Below, piece after piece: positions 38,970-54,266 of a DNA stretch of 64,000 nt (positions are counted from its first letter, which is position 1; every line of letters begins with the position of its first letter). Under the pieces are notes generated by a model. The model was not told the DNA's origin. It was given only the letters and a program-made list of their open reading frames with translations, and ran no database searches. The translations under genes were made by a program, and so were the position numbers. Source of the DNA: Escherichia coli (lineage in GTDB: Bacteria; Pseudomonadota; Gammaproteobacteria; Enterobacterales; Enterobacteriaceae); assembly GCF_050920415.1 (NCBI RefSeq), contig NZ_CP169309.1; one strand, 5' to 3'.

Positions 38970-39962
38970 TTACAGCAGAGAAGGGACGCTCTCGCGAACA
39001 GCTGCCGGCCATACACCACACTGAACCTGGCCGATATGTGGCAGTTGCAGCAGCAGCATGGTCAAACGAGACTGCCCGATACCGCCGCCGATGGTCTGCG
39101 GCATTTCACCGCGCAGCAGCGCCTGATGCCACTCCAGCTGCAGACGATCTTCATCACCGGTCAGCGCCAGCTGATGTTTCAACGTATCGGCATCCACGCG
39201 GATCCCCATGGAAGAAAGCTCAAACGCATCTTCCAGTACCGGGTTCCATACCAGAATATCGCCGTTCAGACCCGCATGGCCCAGCTCTGACGGGGTGCTC
39301 CAGTCATCATAATCCGGTGCGCGCACGTCGTGACGATGACCATCACTCAACTTGCCGCCAATCCCGACGAGGAATACAGCGCCAAGATCTTTCGCAATCG
39401 CCCGCTCACGTCCTTTGGCATCGAGATCCGGATAACGAGCCAGTAACTCCTGGCTGTGTACGAAGTGGATCTGATCCGGCAGGAACGGTGCCAGGCCAAA
39501 CTCTTCGCTAACTGCAGCTTCGGTTGCTTTAATTCCCGCCCAGATCGCCTCTACCGTGCTTTTCAGAGTCGAGAATTGACGCTCGCCGTCGCCCATTACG
39601 CGCTCCCAGTCCCACTGGTCTACATAGATCGAGTGCAGCGGGGAAAGACGGTCTTCATCGGGGCGAAGGGCTTTCATGTGCGTGTATAGCCCTTCGCCCG
39701 CGCTGAAGTCATGTTGCCCTAAGGTCTGACGTTTCCACTTCGCCAGTGAATGAACCACTTCGAACTGGGCATCAGGCAGAGCTTTCACTTTTACCTGCAC
39801 CGCTTTTTCACAGCCCGACAAGTTATCCTGCGTGCCATCCCCCACACGGCTAAGAATCGGCGCCTGGACTTCGATCAGCCCCAGACGTTCTTCCAGTTGA
39901 CGAGAAAAGTGAGATTTCACGAAGCTAATTTGACGTTGTTTGGCAATGTAAGCGGTTTTCAT
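38970..39962 (-). CDS. asnA: Aspartate-ammonia ligase (asparagine synthetase A)
   Basis: 330-aa [53 protein letters not shown]... Confidence 0.95.
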   Translation of the reverse strand: MKTAYIAKQRQISFVKSHFSRQLEERLGLIEVQAPILSRVGDGTQDNLSGCEKAVQVKVKALPDAQFEVVHSLAKWKRQTLGQHDFSAGEGLYTHMKALRPDEDRLSPLHSIYVDQWDWERVMGDGERQFSTLKSTVEAIWAGIKATEAAVSEEFGLAPFLPDQIHFVHSQELLARYPDLDAKGRERAIAKDLGAVFLVGIGGKLSDGHRHDVRAPDYDDWSTPSELGHAGLNGDILVWNPVLEDAFELSSMGIRVDADTLKHQLALTGDEDRLQLEWHQALLRGEMPQTIGGGIGQSRLTMLLLQLPHIGQVQCGVWPAAVRESVPSLL

Positions 39963-40113
39963 TTTTTATACTCCTGCGTCCTGTTGCTTATGATTAAGCA
40001 ACAAAAACCGACACACATGCAATAATCATTCAATAAAAAGCCTCACACACTTTTGATTCATTAAAAAAGAAGGCTAAAATAGAGTGATTCTTCAATCTGC
40101 ATAAGAAAATCCT

Positions 40114-40572
40114 ATGGAAAATTATCTGATCGACAATCTGGACCGCGGCATCCTGGAAGCATTAATGGGTAATGCGCGTACCGCTTACGCCGAACTGGCG
40201 AAACAATTTGGCGTCAGTCCGGGGACGATTCACGTTCGTGTAGAGAAAATGAAGCAGGCGGGGATCATTACCGGGGCACGTATTGATGTCAGCCCGAAGC
40301 AGCTCGGTTATGACGTAGGCTGCTTTATCGGCATTATATTAAAGAGCGCCAAAGACTATCCTTCCGCGCTGGCAAAGCTGGAAAGCCTCGATGAAGTCAC
40401 TGAAGCCTATTACACAACTGGCCACTACAGCATCTTTATCAAAGTGATGTGCCGTTCGATCGATGCTCTCCAGCATGTACTTATCAACAAGATCCAAACA
40501 ATTGATGAAATTCAGTCCACTGAGACACTGATCGTCCTGCAGAACCCGATCATGCGTACCATTAAGCCATGA
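40114..40572 (+). CDS. asnC: Lrp/AsnC-family transcriptional regulator AsnC
   Basis: 152-aa ORF MENYLIDNLDRGILEALMGNARTAYAELAKQFGVSPGTIHVRVEKMKQAGII, divergent from asnA. Confidence 0.95.
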   Translation: MENYLIDNLDRGILEALMGNARTAYAELAKQFGVSPGTIHVRVEKMKQAGIITGARIDVSPKQLGYDVGCFIGIILKSAKDYPSALAKLESLDEVTEAYYTTGHYSIFIKVMCRSIDALQHVLINKIQTIDEIQSTETLIVLQNPIMRTIKP

Positions 40573-40661
40573 TCGGCTTTTTTAATCCCATACTTTTCCA
40601 CAGGTAGATCCCAACGCGTTCACAGCGTACAATACGCCACTCTTAATAAAGGTGGCGGTTT

Positions 40662-41105
40662 ATGGCAGATATCACTCTTATCAGCGGCAGCACCCTCGGC
40701 GGTGCCGAATATGTAGCAGAACACTTGGCTGAAAAGCTGGAAGAGGCGGGTTTTACCACCGAAACGCTGCACGGTCCGCTGTTGGAAGATTTATCTGCCT
40801 CGGGGATCTGGCTGGTTATCAGCTCAACCCACGGTGCCGGAGATATTCCGGACAACCTTTCTCCTTTCTATGAAGCATTGCAGGAACAGAAGCCCGATCT
40901 TTCTGCGGTCCGCTTTGGCGCTATCGGTATTGGCAGTCGTGAATATGACACCTTTTGTGGGGCTATCGATAAACTCGAGGCAGAACTCAAAAATTCCGGT
41001 GCAAAACAGACAGGCGAAACACTGAAGATCAACATCCTTGATCACGACATTCCGGAAGATCCGGCAGAAGAATGGCTGGGATCGTGGATTAATTTACTCA
41101 AATAA
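40662..41105 (+). CDS. mioC: Flavodoxin-like FMN-binding protein MioC
   Basis: 147-aa ORF MADITLISGSTLGGAEYVAEHLAEKLEEAGFTTETL... Confidence 0.93.
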   Translation: MADITLISGSTLGGAEYVAEHLAEKLEEAGFTTETLHGPLLEDLSASGIWLVISSTHGAGDIPDNLSPFYEALQEQKPDLSAVRFGAIGIGSREYDTFCGAIDKLEAELKNSGAKQTGETLKINILDHDIPEDPAEEWLGSWINLLK

Positions 41106-41119
41106 GTATACAGATCGTG

Positions 41120-41395
41120 CGATCTGTTGTGGATAACTCTGTCAGGAAGCTTGGATCAACCGGTAGTTATCCAAAGAACAACGGTTGTTCAGTTTTTGAG
41201 TTGTGTATAACCCCTCATTCTGATCCCAGCTTATACGGTCCAGGATCACCGATCATTCACAGTTAATGATCCTTTCCAGGTTGTTGATCTTAAACGCCGG
41301 ATCTTTGTTATCCACAGGGAAGTGCGATCCTAATAAGAGATCACAATAGAACAAATCTCTAAATAAATAGATCTTCTTTTTAATACCCAGGATCC
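41120..41395. other. oriC: Chromosomal replication origin oriC
   Basis: DnaA 9-mer boxes: tgtggataa at 41128..41136, ttatccaaa at 41167..41175, tgtgtataa at 41202..41210, ttatccaca at 41308..41316. AT-rich 13-mer region gatctnttnttt at about 41330..41385, many GATC (Dam) sites, and ggatcc at 41390..41395; flanked by mioC and mnmG. Confidence 0.88.
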
Positions 41396-41483
41396 CAGGT
41401 CTTTCTCAAGCCGACAAAGTTGAGTAGAATCCACGGCCCGGGCTTCAATCCATTTTCATACCGCGTTATGCGAGGCAATCACC

Positions 41484-43373
41484 ATGTTTTATCCGGATCC
41501 TTTTGACGTCATCATCATTGGCGGGGGTCATGCAGGCACCGAGGCCGCGATGGCCGCGGCGCGTATGGGTCAACAGACTCTGCTTTTGACACACAATATC
41601 GACACTCTGGGGCAGATGAGCTGCAACCCGGCGATCGGCGGTATTGGGAAGGGACATCTGGTAAAAGAAGTGGATGCACTCGGCGGCCTGATGGCTAAAG
41701 CGATCGATCAGGCGGGTATCCAGTTTAGGATACTAAACGCAAGCAAGGGACCGGCAGTTCGCGCTACCCGAGCTCAGGCGGATCGTGTGCTCTACCGTCA
41801 GGCGGTACGTACGGCGCTGGAGAACCAACCGAACCTGATGATCTTCCAGCAGGCGGTTGAAGATCTTATTGTCGAAAACGATCGCGTGGTCGGTGCTGTT
41901 ACCCAAATGGGACTGAAGTTCCGTGCCAAAGCCGTCGTGCTCACCGTTGGGACGTTCCTCGACGGTAAAATTCATATCGGTCTGGATAACTACAGCGGTG
42001 GCCGTGCTGGTGATCCGCCGTCCATTCCGCTTTCTCGCCGTTTGCGTGAACTGCCGCTGCGCGTTGGTCGTCTGAAAACCGGGACACCGCCGCGTATTGA
42101 TGCTCGAACCATCGACTTTAGCGTGCTGGCGCAACAGCATGGCGATAACCCAATGCCGGTATTCTCGTTTATGGGCAATGCGTCCCAGCATCCACAGCAG
42201 GTGCCGTGTTATATCACCCATACCAACGAGAAAACCCATGACGTGATCCGCAGTAACCTCGATCGTAGCCCAATGTACGCAGGGGTGATCGAAGGTGTCG
42301 GCCCACGCTACTGCCCGTCGATCGAAGACAAAGTCATGCGCTTCGCCGACAGAAATCAGCATCAGATCTTCCTTGAACCGGAAGGGCTGACCTCTAACGA
42401 AATTTATCCGAACGGTATCTCCACCAGCCTGCCGTTCGATGTGCAGATGCAAATCGTCCGCTCCATGCAGGGGATGGAAAACGCGAAGATCGTGCGTCCG
42501 GGTTATGCCATTGAGTATGACTTCTTCGATCCACGCGACCTGAAACCGACGCTGGAGAGCAAGTTTATCCAGGGGCTGTTCTTTGCTGGTCAGATTAACG
42601 GCACTACCGGTTACGAAGAAGCCGCTGCGCAAGGTTTGCTGGCCGGTCTTAACGCTGCCCGTCTGTCTGCTGACAAAGAAGGTTGGGCTCCGGCGCGTTC
42701 TCAGGCGTATCTCGGCGTACTGGTTGATGACCTGTGCACTTTAGGAACCAAAGAACCGTATCGTATGTTTACCTCGCGTGCAGAATATCGCCTGATGCTG
42801 CGCGAAGATAATGCAGATCTGCGTTTGACTGAAATCGGTCGTGAACTGGGCCTGGTGGATGACGAACGTTGGGCGCGCTTTAACGAGAAGCTTGAGAACA
42901 TCGAGCGTGAGCGTCAGCGTCTGAAATCGACATGGGTAACCCCGTCGGCGGAAGCTGCAGCCGAAGTGAATGCTCACCTGACTGCGCCGCTTTCCCGTGA
43001 AGCCAGTGGTGAAGATCTGCTGCGTCGTCCGGAAATGACTTATGAAAAATTAACCATGCTGGCGCCTTTTGCCCCTGCGTTGACAGACGAACAGGCGGCG
43101 GAACAGGTTGAGATTCAGGTTAAATACGAAGGTTATATTGCGCGCCAACAAGATGAGATCGAAAAGCAGCAGCGTAACGAGAATACCTTGCTGCCAGCGA
43201 CGCTGGATTACCGCCAGGTATCCGGTCTTTCTAACGAAGTGATCGCCAAACTTAACGATCACAAACCGGCTTCTATCGGTCAGGCTTCGCGTATTTCTGG
43301 CGTCACGCCTGCTGCCATCTCCATTCTACTGGTGTGGCTAAAAAAACAGGGTATGCTGCGTCGTAGCGCATAA
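41484..43373 (+). CDS. mnmG: tRNA uridine 5-carboxymethylaminomethyl modification enzyme MnmG (GidA)
   Basis: 629-aa [40 protein letters not shown] with an FAD-binding GGGHAG motif. Confidence 0.95.
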   Translation: MFYPDPFDVIIIGGGHAGTEAAMAAARMGQQTLLLTHNIDTLGQMSCNPAIGGIGKGHLVKEVDALGGLMAKAIDQAGIQFRILNASKGPAVRATRAQADRVLYRQAVRTALENQPNLMIFQQAVEDLIVENDRVVGAVTQMGLKFRAKAVVLTVGTFLDGKIHIGLDNYSGGRAGDPPSIPLSRRLRELPLRVGRLKTGTPPRIDARTIDFSVLAQQHGDNPMPVFSFMGNASQHPQQVPCYITHTNEKTHDVIRSNLDRSPMYAGVIEGVGPRYCPSIEDKVMRFADRNQHQIFLEPEGLTSNEIYPNGISTSLPFDVQMQIVRSMQGMENAKIVRPGYAIEYDFFDPRDLKPTLESKFIQGLFFAGQINGTTGYEEAAAQGLLAGLNAARLSADKEGWAPARSQAYLGVLVDDLCTLGTKEPYRMFTSRAEYRLMLREDNADLRLTEIGRELGLVDDERWARFNEKLENIERERQRLKSTWVTPSAEAAAEVNAHLTAPLSREASGEDLLRRPEMTYEKLTMLAPFAPALTDEQAAEQVEIQVKYEGYIARQQDEIEKQQRNENTLLPATLDYRQVSGLSNEVIAKLNDHKPASIGQASRISGVTPAAISILLVWLKKQGMLRRSA

Positions 43374-43436
43374 CGCATTAAAAATGCCTGGTAAGCACCC
43401 GCTTACCGGGCTACGCATCAAGAACAGGTAATCACC

Positions 43437-44060
43437 GTGCTCAACAAACTCTCCTCTCTGCTGAAAGACGCAGGAATTTCGCTTACCGATCACCAGAAAA
43501 ACCAGCTAATTGCCTACGTGAATATGCTGCATAAATGGAATAAAGCGTACAACCTGACTTCGGTCCGCGATCCTAATGAGATGCTGGTACGCCATATTCT
43601 CGATAGCATTGTGGTGGCACCGTATCTGCAAGGTGATCGGTTTATCGATGTCGGCACCGGACCAGGACTGCCTGGCATTCCACTCTCTATCGTGCGTCCT
43701 GAAGCCCATTTCACGTTGTTGGATAGCCTTGGTAAACGCGTGCGTTTCCTTCGTCAGGTGCAACATGAGCTTAAACTGGAGAATATTGAGCCAGTACAGA
43801 GCAGGGTAGAAGAGTTTCCTTCTGAGCCGCCATTTGATGGCGTAATTAGCCGCGCCTTTGCCTCTTTGAACGATATGGTGAGCTGGTGCCACCATCTTCC
43901 TGGTGAGCAAGGTCGTTTCTACGCGCTGAAAGGCCAAATACCGGAAGATGAAATCGCTTTGTTGCCCGAAGAATATCAGGTCGAATCAGTGGTTAAACTT
44001 CACGTTCCGGCCCTGGATGGCGAACGTCATCTGGTGGTGATTAAAGCAAATAAAATTTAA
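43437..44060 (+). CDS. rsmG: 16S rRNA m7G527 methyltransferase RsmG (GidB)
   Basis: 207-aa ORF (GTG start) [57 protein letters not shown]... Confidence 0.93.
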   Translation: MLNKLSSLLKDAGISLTDHQKNQLIAYVNMLHKWNKAYNLTSVRDPNEMLVRHILDSIVVAPYLQGDRFIDVGTGPGLPGIPLSIVRPEAHFTLLDSLGKRVRFLRQVQHELKLENIEPVQSRVEEFPSEPPFDGVISRAFASLNDMVSWCHHLPGEQGRFYALKGQIPEDEIALLPEEYQVESVVKLHVPALDGERHLVVIKANKI

Positions 44061-44147
44061 TTTTTATCAAAAAAAACATAAAAAAATGACCGGTTAGACT
44101 GTTAACAACAACCAGGTTTTCTACTGATATAACTGGTTACATTTAAC

Positions 44148-44191
44148 GCCACGTTCACTCTTTTGCATCAACGAGCTAACGTGGCTTTTTT
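44148..44191 (+). terminator. Putative rsmG terminator
   Basis: gccacgtt...aacgtggc 8-bp stem (long loop) followed by TTTTTT. Confidence 0.4.
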
Positions 44192-44557
44192 GGGTAAGCA
44201 GAAAATAAGTCAGCAGTGAAAATATCAGGCTGCTAAAAATCGGCGCTAAGAACCATAATCATCTGTTAAAACATTATTAAAAATGTCAATGGGTGGTTTT
44301 TGTTGTGTAAATGTCACTTATTAAAAGAGTGTCTGTTTTTGGACTTAAATATCATAAACTTGCAATGGCATCATTTGCCAAGTAAATAAATATGCTGTGC
44401 GCGAACATGCTCAATATGTGATCTGAAGCACGCTTTATCGCCAGTGTTTACGCGTTATTTACAGTTTTTCATGATCGAACAGCGTTAGCAGAAAAGTCGC
44501 AATTGTATGCACTGGAAAAATATTTAAACATTTATTCACCTTTTGGCTACTTATTGT

Positions 44558-44585
44558 TTGAAATCACGGGGGCGCACCGTATAAT
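44558..44585 (+). promoter_or_regulatory. atp operon promoter (-35 TTGAAA, -10 TATAAT, 16-bp spacer)
   Basis: tTTGAAAtcacgggggcgcaccgTATAATttgacc about 90 nt upstream of atpI. Confidence 0.7.
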
Positions 44586-44676
44586 TTGACCGCTTTTTGA
44601 TGCTTGACTCTAAGCCTTAAAGAAAGTTTTATACGACACGCGGCATACCTCGAAGGGAGCAGGAGTGAAAAACGTG

Positions 44677-45881
<1,205 letters not shown>

Positions 45882-45909
45882 TTTACCAACACTACTACGT
45901 TTTAACTGA

Positions 45910-46184
<275 letters not shown>

Positions 46185-46228
46185 TAAAGAGCAATATCAG
46201 AACGTTAACTAAATAGAGGCATTGTGCT

Positions 46229-46699
46229 GTGAATCTTAACGCAACAATCCTCGGCCAGGCCATCGCGTTTGTCCTGTTCGTTCTGTTCTGCATGAAGTAC
46301 GTATGGCCGCCATTAATGGCAGCCATCGAAAAACGTCAAAAAGAAATTGCTGACGGCCTTGCTTCCGCAGAACGAGCACATAAGGACCTTGACCTTGCAA
46401 AGGCCAGCGCGACCGACCAGCTGAAAAAAGCGAAAGCGGAAGCCCAGGTAATCATCGAGCAGGCGAACAAACGCCGCTCGCAGATTCTGGACGAAGCTAA
46501 AGCTGAAGCAGAGCAGGAACGTACTAAAATCGTGGCCCAGGCGCAGGCGGAAATTGAAGCCGAGCGTAAACGTGCCCGTGAAGAGCTGCGTAAGCAAGTT
46601 GCTATCCTGGCTGTTGCTGGCGCCGAGAAGATCATCGAACGTTCCGTGGATGAAGCTGCTAACAGCGACATCGTGGATAAACTTGTCGCTGAACTGTAA
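46229..46699 (+). CDS. atpF: F0F1 ATP synthase subunit b
   Basis: 156-aa ORF (GTG start) [44 protein letters not shown]... Confidence 0.96.
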
Positions 46700-46713
46700 G
46701 GAGGGAGGGGCTG

Positions 46714-47247
46714 ATGTCTGAATTTATTACGGTAGCTCGCCCCTACGCCAAAGCAGCTTTTGACTTTGCCGTCGAACACCAAAGTGTAGAACGCTGGCAG
46801 GACATGCTGGCGTTTGCCGCCGAGGTAACCAAAAACGAACAAATGGCAGAGCTTCTCTCTGGCGCGCTTGCGCCAGAAACGCTCGCCGAGTCGTTTATCG
46901 CAGTTTGTGGTGAGCAACTGGACGAAAACGGTCAGAACCTGATTCGGGTTATGGCTGAAAATGGTCGTCTTAATGCGCTCCCGGATGTTCTGGAGCAGTT
47001 TATTCACCTGCGTGCTGTGAGTGAGGCTACCGCTGAGGTAGACGTCATTTCCGCTGCCGCGTTGAGTGAACAACAGCTCGCGAAAATTTCTGCTGCGATG
47101 GAAAAACGTCTGTCACGCAAAGTTAAGCTGAATTGCAAAATCGATAAGTCTGTAATGGCAGGCGTTATCATCCGAGCGGGTGATATGGTCATTGATGGCA
47201 GCGTACGCGGTCGTCTTGAGCGCCTTGCAGACGTCTTGCAGTCTTAA
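46714..47247 (+). CDS. atpH: F0F1 ATP synthase subunit delta
   Basis: 177-aa [46 protein letters not shown]... Confidence 0.96.
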
Positions 47248-47259
47248 GGGGACTGGAGC

Positions 47260-48801
47260 ATGCAACTGAATTCCACCGAAATCAGCGAACTGATCAAGCA
47301 GCGCATTGCTCAGTTCAATGTTGTGAGTGAAGCTCACAACGAAGGTACTATTGTTTCTGTAAGTGACGGTGTTATCCGCATCCACGGCCTGGCCGATTGT
47401 ATGCAGGGTGAAATGATCTCCCTGCCGGGTAACCGTTACGCTATCGCACTGAACCTCGAGCGTGACTCTGTAGGTGCGGTTGTTATGGGTCCGTACGCTG
47501 ACCTTGCCGAAGGCATGAAAGTTAAGTGTACTGGCCGTATCCTGGAAGTTCCGGTTGGCCGTGGCCTGCTGGGCCGTGTGGTTAACACTCTGGGTGCACC
47601 AATCGACGGTAAAGGTCCGCTGGATCACGACGGCTTCTCTGCTGTAGAAGCTATCGCCCCGGGCGTTATCGAACGTCAGTCCGTAGATCAGCCGGTACAG
47701 ACCGGTTATAAAGCCGTTGACTCCATGATCCCAATCGGTCGTGGTCAGCGTGAATTGATCATCGGTGACCGTCAGACCGGTAAAACCGCACTGGCAATCG
47801 ATGCCATCATTAACCAGCGCGATTCCGGTATCAAATGTATCTATGTCGCTATCGGCCAGAAAGCGTCCACTATTTCTAACGTGGTACGTAAACTGGAAGA
47901 GCACGGCGCACTGGCTAACACCATCGTTGTGGTAGCAACCGCGTCTGAATCCGCTGCACTGCAATACCTGGCGCCGTATGCCGGTTGCGCAATGGGTGAA
48001 TACTTCCGTGACCGCGGTGAAGATGCGCTGATCATTTACGATGACCTGTCTAAACAGGCTGTTGCTTACCGTCAGATCTCCCTGCTGCTCCGTCGTCCGC
48101 CAGGACGTGAAGCATTCCCGGGCGACGTATTCTACCTCCACTCTCGTCTGCTGGAGCGTGCTGCGCGTGTTAACGCCGAATACGTTGAAGCCTTCACCAA
48201 AGGTGAAGTGAAAGGGAAAACCGGTTCTCTGACCGCGCTGCCGATTATCGAAACTCAGGCGGGTGACGTTTCTGCGTTCGTTCCGACTAACGTAATCTCC
48301 ATTACCGATGGTCAGATCTTCCTGGAAACCAACCTGTTCAACGCCGGTATTCGTCCTGCGGTTAACCCGGGTATTTCCGTATCCCGTGTTGGTGGTGCAG
48401 CACAGACCAAGATCATGAAAAAACTGTCCGGTGGTATCCGTACCGCTCTGGCACAGTATCGTGAACTGGCAGCGTTCTCTCAGTTTGCATCCGACCTTGA
48501 CGATGCAACACGTAAGCAGCTTGACCACGGTCAGAAAGTGACCGAACTGCTGAAACAGAAACAGTATGCGCCGATGTCCGTAGCGCAACAGTCTCTGGTT
48601 CTGTTCGCAGCAGAACGTGGTTACCTGGCGGATGTTGAACTGTCGAAAATCGGCAGCTTCGAAGCCGCTCTGCTGGCTTACGTCGACCGTGATCACGCTC
48701 CGTTGATGCAAGAGATCAACCAGACCGGTGGCTACAACGACGAAATCGAAGGCAAGCTGAAAGGCATCCTCGATTCCTTCAAAGCAACCCAATCCTGGTA
48801 A
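47260..48801 (+). CDS. atpA: F0F1 ATP synthase subunit alpha
   Basis: 513-aa [47 protein letters not shown]... with Walker A GDRQTGKT. Confidence 0.97.
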
Positions 48802-48851
48802 CGTCTGGCGGCTTGCCTTAGGGCAGGCCGCAAGGCATTGAGGAGAAGCTC

Positions 48852-51124
<2,273 letters not shown>

Positions 51125-51144
51125 CGCCTTAATCGGAGGGTGAT

Positions 51145-51564
51145 ATGGCAATGACTTACCACCTGGACGTCGTCAGCGCAGAGCAACAAATGTTCTCTGG
51201 TCTGGTCGAGAAAATCCAGGTAACGGGTAGCGAAGGTGAACTGGGCATTTACCCGGGCCACGCACCGCTGCTCACCGCCATTAAGCCTGGTATGATTCGC
51301 ATCGTGAAACAGCACGGTCACGAAGAGTTTATCTATCTGTCTGGCGGCATTCTTGAAGTGCAGCCTGGCAACGTGACCGTTCTGGCCGACACCGCAATTC
51401 GCGGCCAGGATCTCGACGAAGCGCGAGCCATGGAAGCGAAACGTAAGGCTGAAGAGCACATTAGCAGCTCTCACGGCGACGTAGATTACGCTCAGGCGTC
51501 TGCGGAACTGGCCAAAGCGATCGCGCAGTTGCGCGTTATCGAGTTGACCAAAAAAGCGATGTAA
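51145..51564 (+). CDS. atpC: F0F1 ATP synthase subunit epsilon
   Basis: 139-aa [57 protein letters not shown]... Confidence 0.96.
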
Positions 51565-51586
51565 CACCGGCTTGAAAAGCTCAAAA

Positions 51587-51615
51587 GCCAGTCTGGAAAC
51601 AGACTGGCTTTTTTA
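51587..51615 (+). terminator. atp operon rho-independent terminator
   Basis: gccagtct-ggaaac-agactggc followed by TTTTTTAT, immediately after atpC. Confidence 0.85.
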
Positions 51616-51760
51616 TATGTATTTTGCTGATTGATACAAAAATTATATTATTCATCAAAAAGTTAGCGTCTTGTTAAGTCGTTAATTGTCACCTTTTCTC
51701 CATAGTGATATCGTCCCTGTTGTTATTATTATTTCTATAATTATATGAGGGATCATATCT

Positions 51761-52459
51761 ATGTCTTTTAAAACGTCTTTTGAAGGTGTCCAACCGGTTG
51801 TGATGACCGATCGCGCCACCTTTATCCGCCGTGCTTATATGCATCTGGCTGGGGCAGTTGTCGGGTTCATCATTCTCAGCGCGCTGTTTATCTTTAGTGG
51901 GCTTGGCAAAATGATGCTTAGGGTGCTGATGAACAGTGGTCAGTTTGGTTGGCTGGTGGTGCTGGGTGCTTTTATTCTGGTCAGCATGCTGGCGACTCGT
52001 CTGGCAGATAATGTGGAGTCTAATCAGACCCAACTGATTGGACTGGGGATATACGTACTGGCAGAAGCGTTAATTTTTGCACCTTTACTGACACTGGCAG
52101 CGTATATTAATCCAGCAATTATTGGCGCGGCGGGCATCACCACAGCACTGCTTGTGGGGGGTCTGACATTCACTGCCTTCACGACCAAAAAAGATTTCTC
52201 TTTCATGCGTTCGTTTTTAACCATGGCGGGCTTTATCGCTTTCGGTGCCATTATCGCGAGCATTTTTATGGGATTCTCACTGGGCGTCTGGTTCTCGGCG
52301 GCAATGGTGCTGTTGTGTGCTGGCTTCGTGCTGTACGACACGTCTAATATTATTCATCATTATCCTACCGATCGTCCGGCAGGCGCGGCGCTACATCTCT
52401 TCGCCTCTATCGCTACCATGTTCTGGTATGTTCTGCGCATTTTCATGTCCCGCGATTAA
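51761..52459 (+). CDS. Bax inhibitor-1 (BI-1)/YccA-family integral membrane protein, about 7 TMS
   Basis: 232-aa hydrophobic ORF with family-typical C-terminal motifs TTKKDFSF ... YDTSNIIHHY ... ending SRD; GAGG is followed by the ATG; AT-rich 5' flank; own terminator. Confidence 0.75.
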   Translation: MSFKTSFEGVQPVVMTDRATFIRRAYMHLAGAVVGFIILSALFIFSGLGKMMLRVLMNSGQFGWLVVLGAFILVSMLATRLADNVESNQTQLIGLGIYVLAEALIFAPLLTLAAYINPAIIGAAGITTALLVGGLTFTAFTTKKDFSFMRSFLTMAGFIAFGAIIASIFMGFSLGVWFSAAMVLLCAGFVLYDTSNIIHHYPTDRPAGAALHLFASIATMFWYVLRIFMSRD

Positions 52460-52472
52460 CCCTGCTTGTATA

Positions 52473-52498
52473 AACCAGCGAAATTATTCGCTGGTTTT
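52473..52498 (+). terminator. Rho-independent terminator after the BI-1 family gene
   Basis: aaccagcg-aaattatt-cgctggtt followed by TTCC (stem plus short T-run). Confidence 0.6.
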
Positions 52499-52734
52499 CC
52501 CGTTTATTTATTGATCGAAATAAGAGCAAAAACATCCACCTGACGCTTAAATGAAGGTACTGCCTTAATTTTCTGCAGACAAAAGGCGTGACGATGGTCG
52601 AAAATGGCACTTTCGTCAGCGGGGATAATCCGTTATTGAACAATTTATCCTCTGTCCATTTCACGATGAAAAAAATGTAGTTTTTTCAAGGTGAAGCGGT
52701 TTAAATTCGTTCTCAAATTACAGTCAGGACGCGT

Positions 52735-54105
52735 ATGTTGAATAATGCTATGAGCGTAGTGATCCTTGCCGCAGGTAAAGGCACGCGCATGTATTCCGAT
52801 CTTCCGAAAGTGCTGCATACCCTTGCCGGGAAAGCGATGGTTCAGCATGTCATTGATGCTGCGAATGAATTAGGCGCAGCGGACGTTCACCTGGTGTACG
52901 GTCACGGCGGCGATCTGCTTAAACAGGCGCTGAAAGACGATAACCTGAACTGGGTGCTTCAGGCAGAACAGCTGGGTACGGGCCATGCAATGCAGCAAGC
53001 CGCACCTTTTTTTGCCGATGACGAAGACATTTTAATGCTCTACGGCGACGTGCCGCTGATCTCTGTTGAAACACTCCAGCGCCTGCGTGATGCGAAACCG
53101 CAGGGTGGCATTGGTCTGCTGACGGTTAAACTGGATGATCCGACCGGTTATGGACGTATCACCCGTGAAAACGGCAAAGTTACCGGCATTGTTGAGCACA
53201 AAGATGCCACCGACGAGCAGCGTCAGATTCAGGAGATCAACACCGGCATTCTGATCGCCAACGGCGCAGATATGAAACGCTGGCTGGCTAAACTGACCAA
53301 CAATAACGCGCAGGGCGAATACTACATCACCGATATTATTGCGCTGGCGTATCAGGAAGGACGTGAAATTGTTGCCGTTCATCCGCAACGTTTAAGCGAA
53401 GTAGAAGGCGTGAATAACCGCCTGCAACTCTCGCGTCTGGAGCGTGTTTATCAATCCGAACAAGCTGAAAAACTGCTGTTAGCAGGCGTTATGCTGCGCG
53501 ATCCGGCGCGTTTTGATCTGCGCGGTACGCTTACTCACGGGCGCGATGTTGAAATTGATACTAACGTTATCATCGAGGGCAACGTGACTCTCGGTAATCG
53601 CGTGAAAATCGGCACCGGTTGCGTGATTAAAAACAGCGTGATTGGCGATGATTGCGAAATTAGCCCGTATACCGTTGTGGAAGATGCGAATCTGGCAGCG
53701 GCCTGTACCATTGGCCCGTTTGCCCGTCTGCGTCCTGGTGCTGAGTTGCTGGAAGGCGCACACGTCGGTAACTTCGTTGAGATGAAAAAAGCGCGTCTGG
53801 GTAAAGGCTCGAAAGCCGGTCATCTGACTTACCTGGGGGATGCGGAAATTGGCGATAACGTCAACATCGGCGCAGGAACCATTACCTGCAACTACGATGG
53901 TGCGAATAAATTTAAAACCATTATTGGCGACGATGTGTTTGTTGGATCCGATACTCAGCTGGTGGCCCCGGTAACGGTAGGCAAAGGCGCAACCATTGCT
54001 GCGGGTACAACTGTGACGCGTAATGTTGGCGAAAATGCTCTGGCAATCAGCCGTGTGCCGCAGTCGCAAAAAGAAGGCTGGCGTCGTCCGGTAAAGAAAA
54101 AGTAA
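52735..54105 (+). CDS. glmU: Bifunctional GlcNAc-1-P uridyltransferase / GlcN-1-P acetyltransferase
   Basis: 456-aa [51 protein letters not shown]... with C-terminal hexapeptide repeats. Confidence 0.96.
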   Translation: MLNNAMSVVILAAGKGTRMYSDLPKVLHTLAGKAMVQHVIDAANELGAADVHLVYGHGGDLLKQALKDDNLNWVLQAEQLGTGHAMQQAAPFFADDEDILMLYGDVPLISVETLQRLRDAKPQGGIGLLTVKLDDPTGYGRITRENGKVTGIVEHKDATDEQRQIQEINTGILIANGADMKRWLAKLTNNNAQGEYYITDIIALAYQEGREIVAVHPQRLSEVEGVNNRLQLSRLERVYQSEQAEKLLLAGVMLRDPARFDLRGTLTHGRDVEIDTNVIIEGNVTLGNRVKIGTGCVIKNSVIGDDCEISPYTVVEDANLAAACTIGPFARLRPGAELLEGAHVGNFVEMKKARLGKGSKAGHLTYLGDAEIGDNVNIGAGTITCNYDGANKFKTIIGDDVFVGSDTQLVAPVTVGKGATIAAGTTVTRNVGENALAISRVPQSQKEGWRRPVKKK

Positions 54106-54266
54106 TTCTGGCTGGGTAATCCGGCCATATGGGGTGAGGAGATAACATAATCTCCCGCCCACAAGCAGTAACTATAAAAATAACCCCACTCTCTACAAAG
54201 GCTCGGGGCGCCCGAAAAACGGGCATACAGGTTGACCGACAACGATATAAATCGGAATCAAAAACT

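Noticed and set aside
41733-42632. 299-aa minus-strand ORF inside mnmG
   Set aside because: Antisense to the conserved mnmG CDS; no RBS.
47113-48792. 559-aa antisense ORF opposite atpA, and a 245-aa antisense ORF at 46336..47073 opposite atpF/atpH
   Set aside because: They mirror highly conserved sense-strand genes, have no RBS, and their translations are low-complexity and unfamiliar; long antisense frames are common opposite GC-biased codon usage.
52584-52670. 28-codon ORF (MVENGTFVSGDNPLLNNLSSVHFTMKKM) upstream of glmU
   Set aside because: No RBS and not a recognisable peptide; it lies in the presumed glmU promoter region.
53479-54162. 227-aa minus-strand ORF inside glmU (also 53032..53388)
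   Set aside because: Antisense to glmU; spurious.
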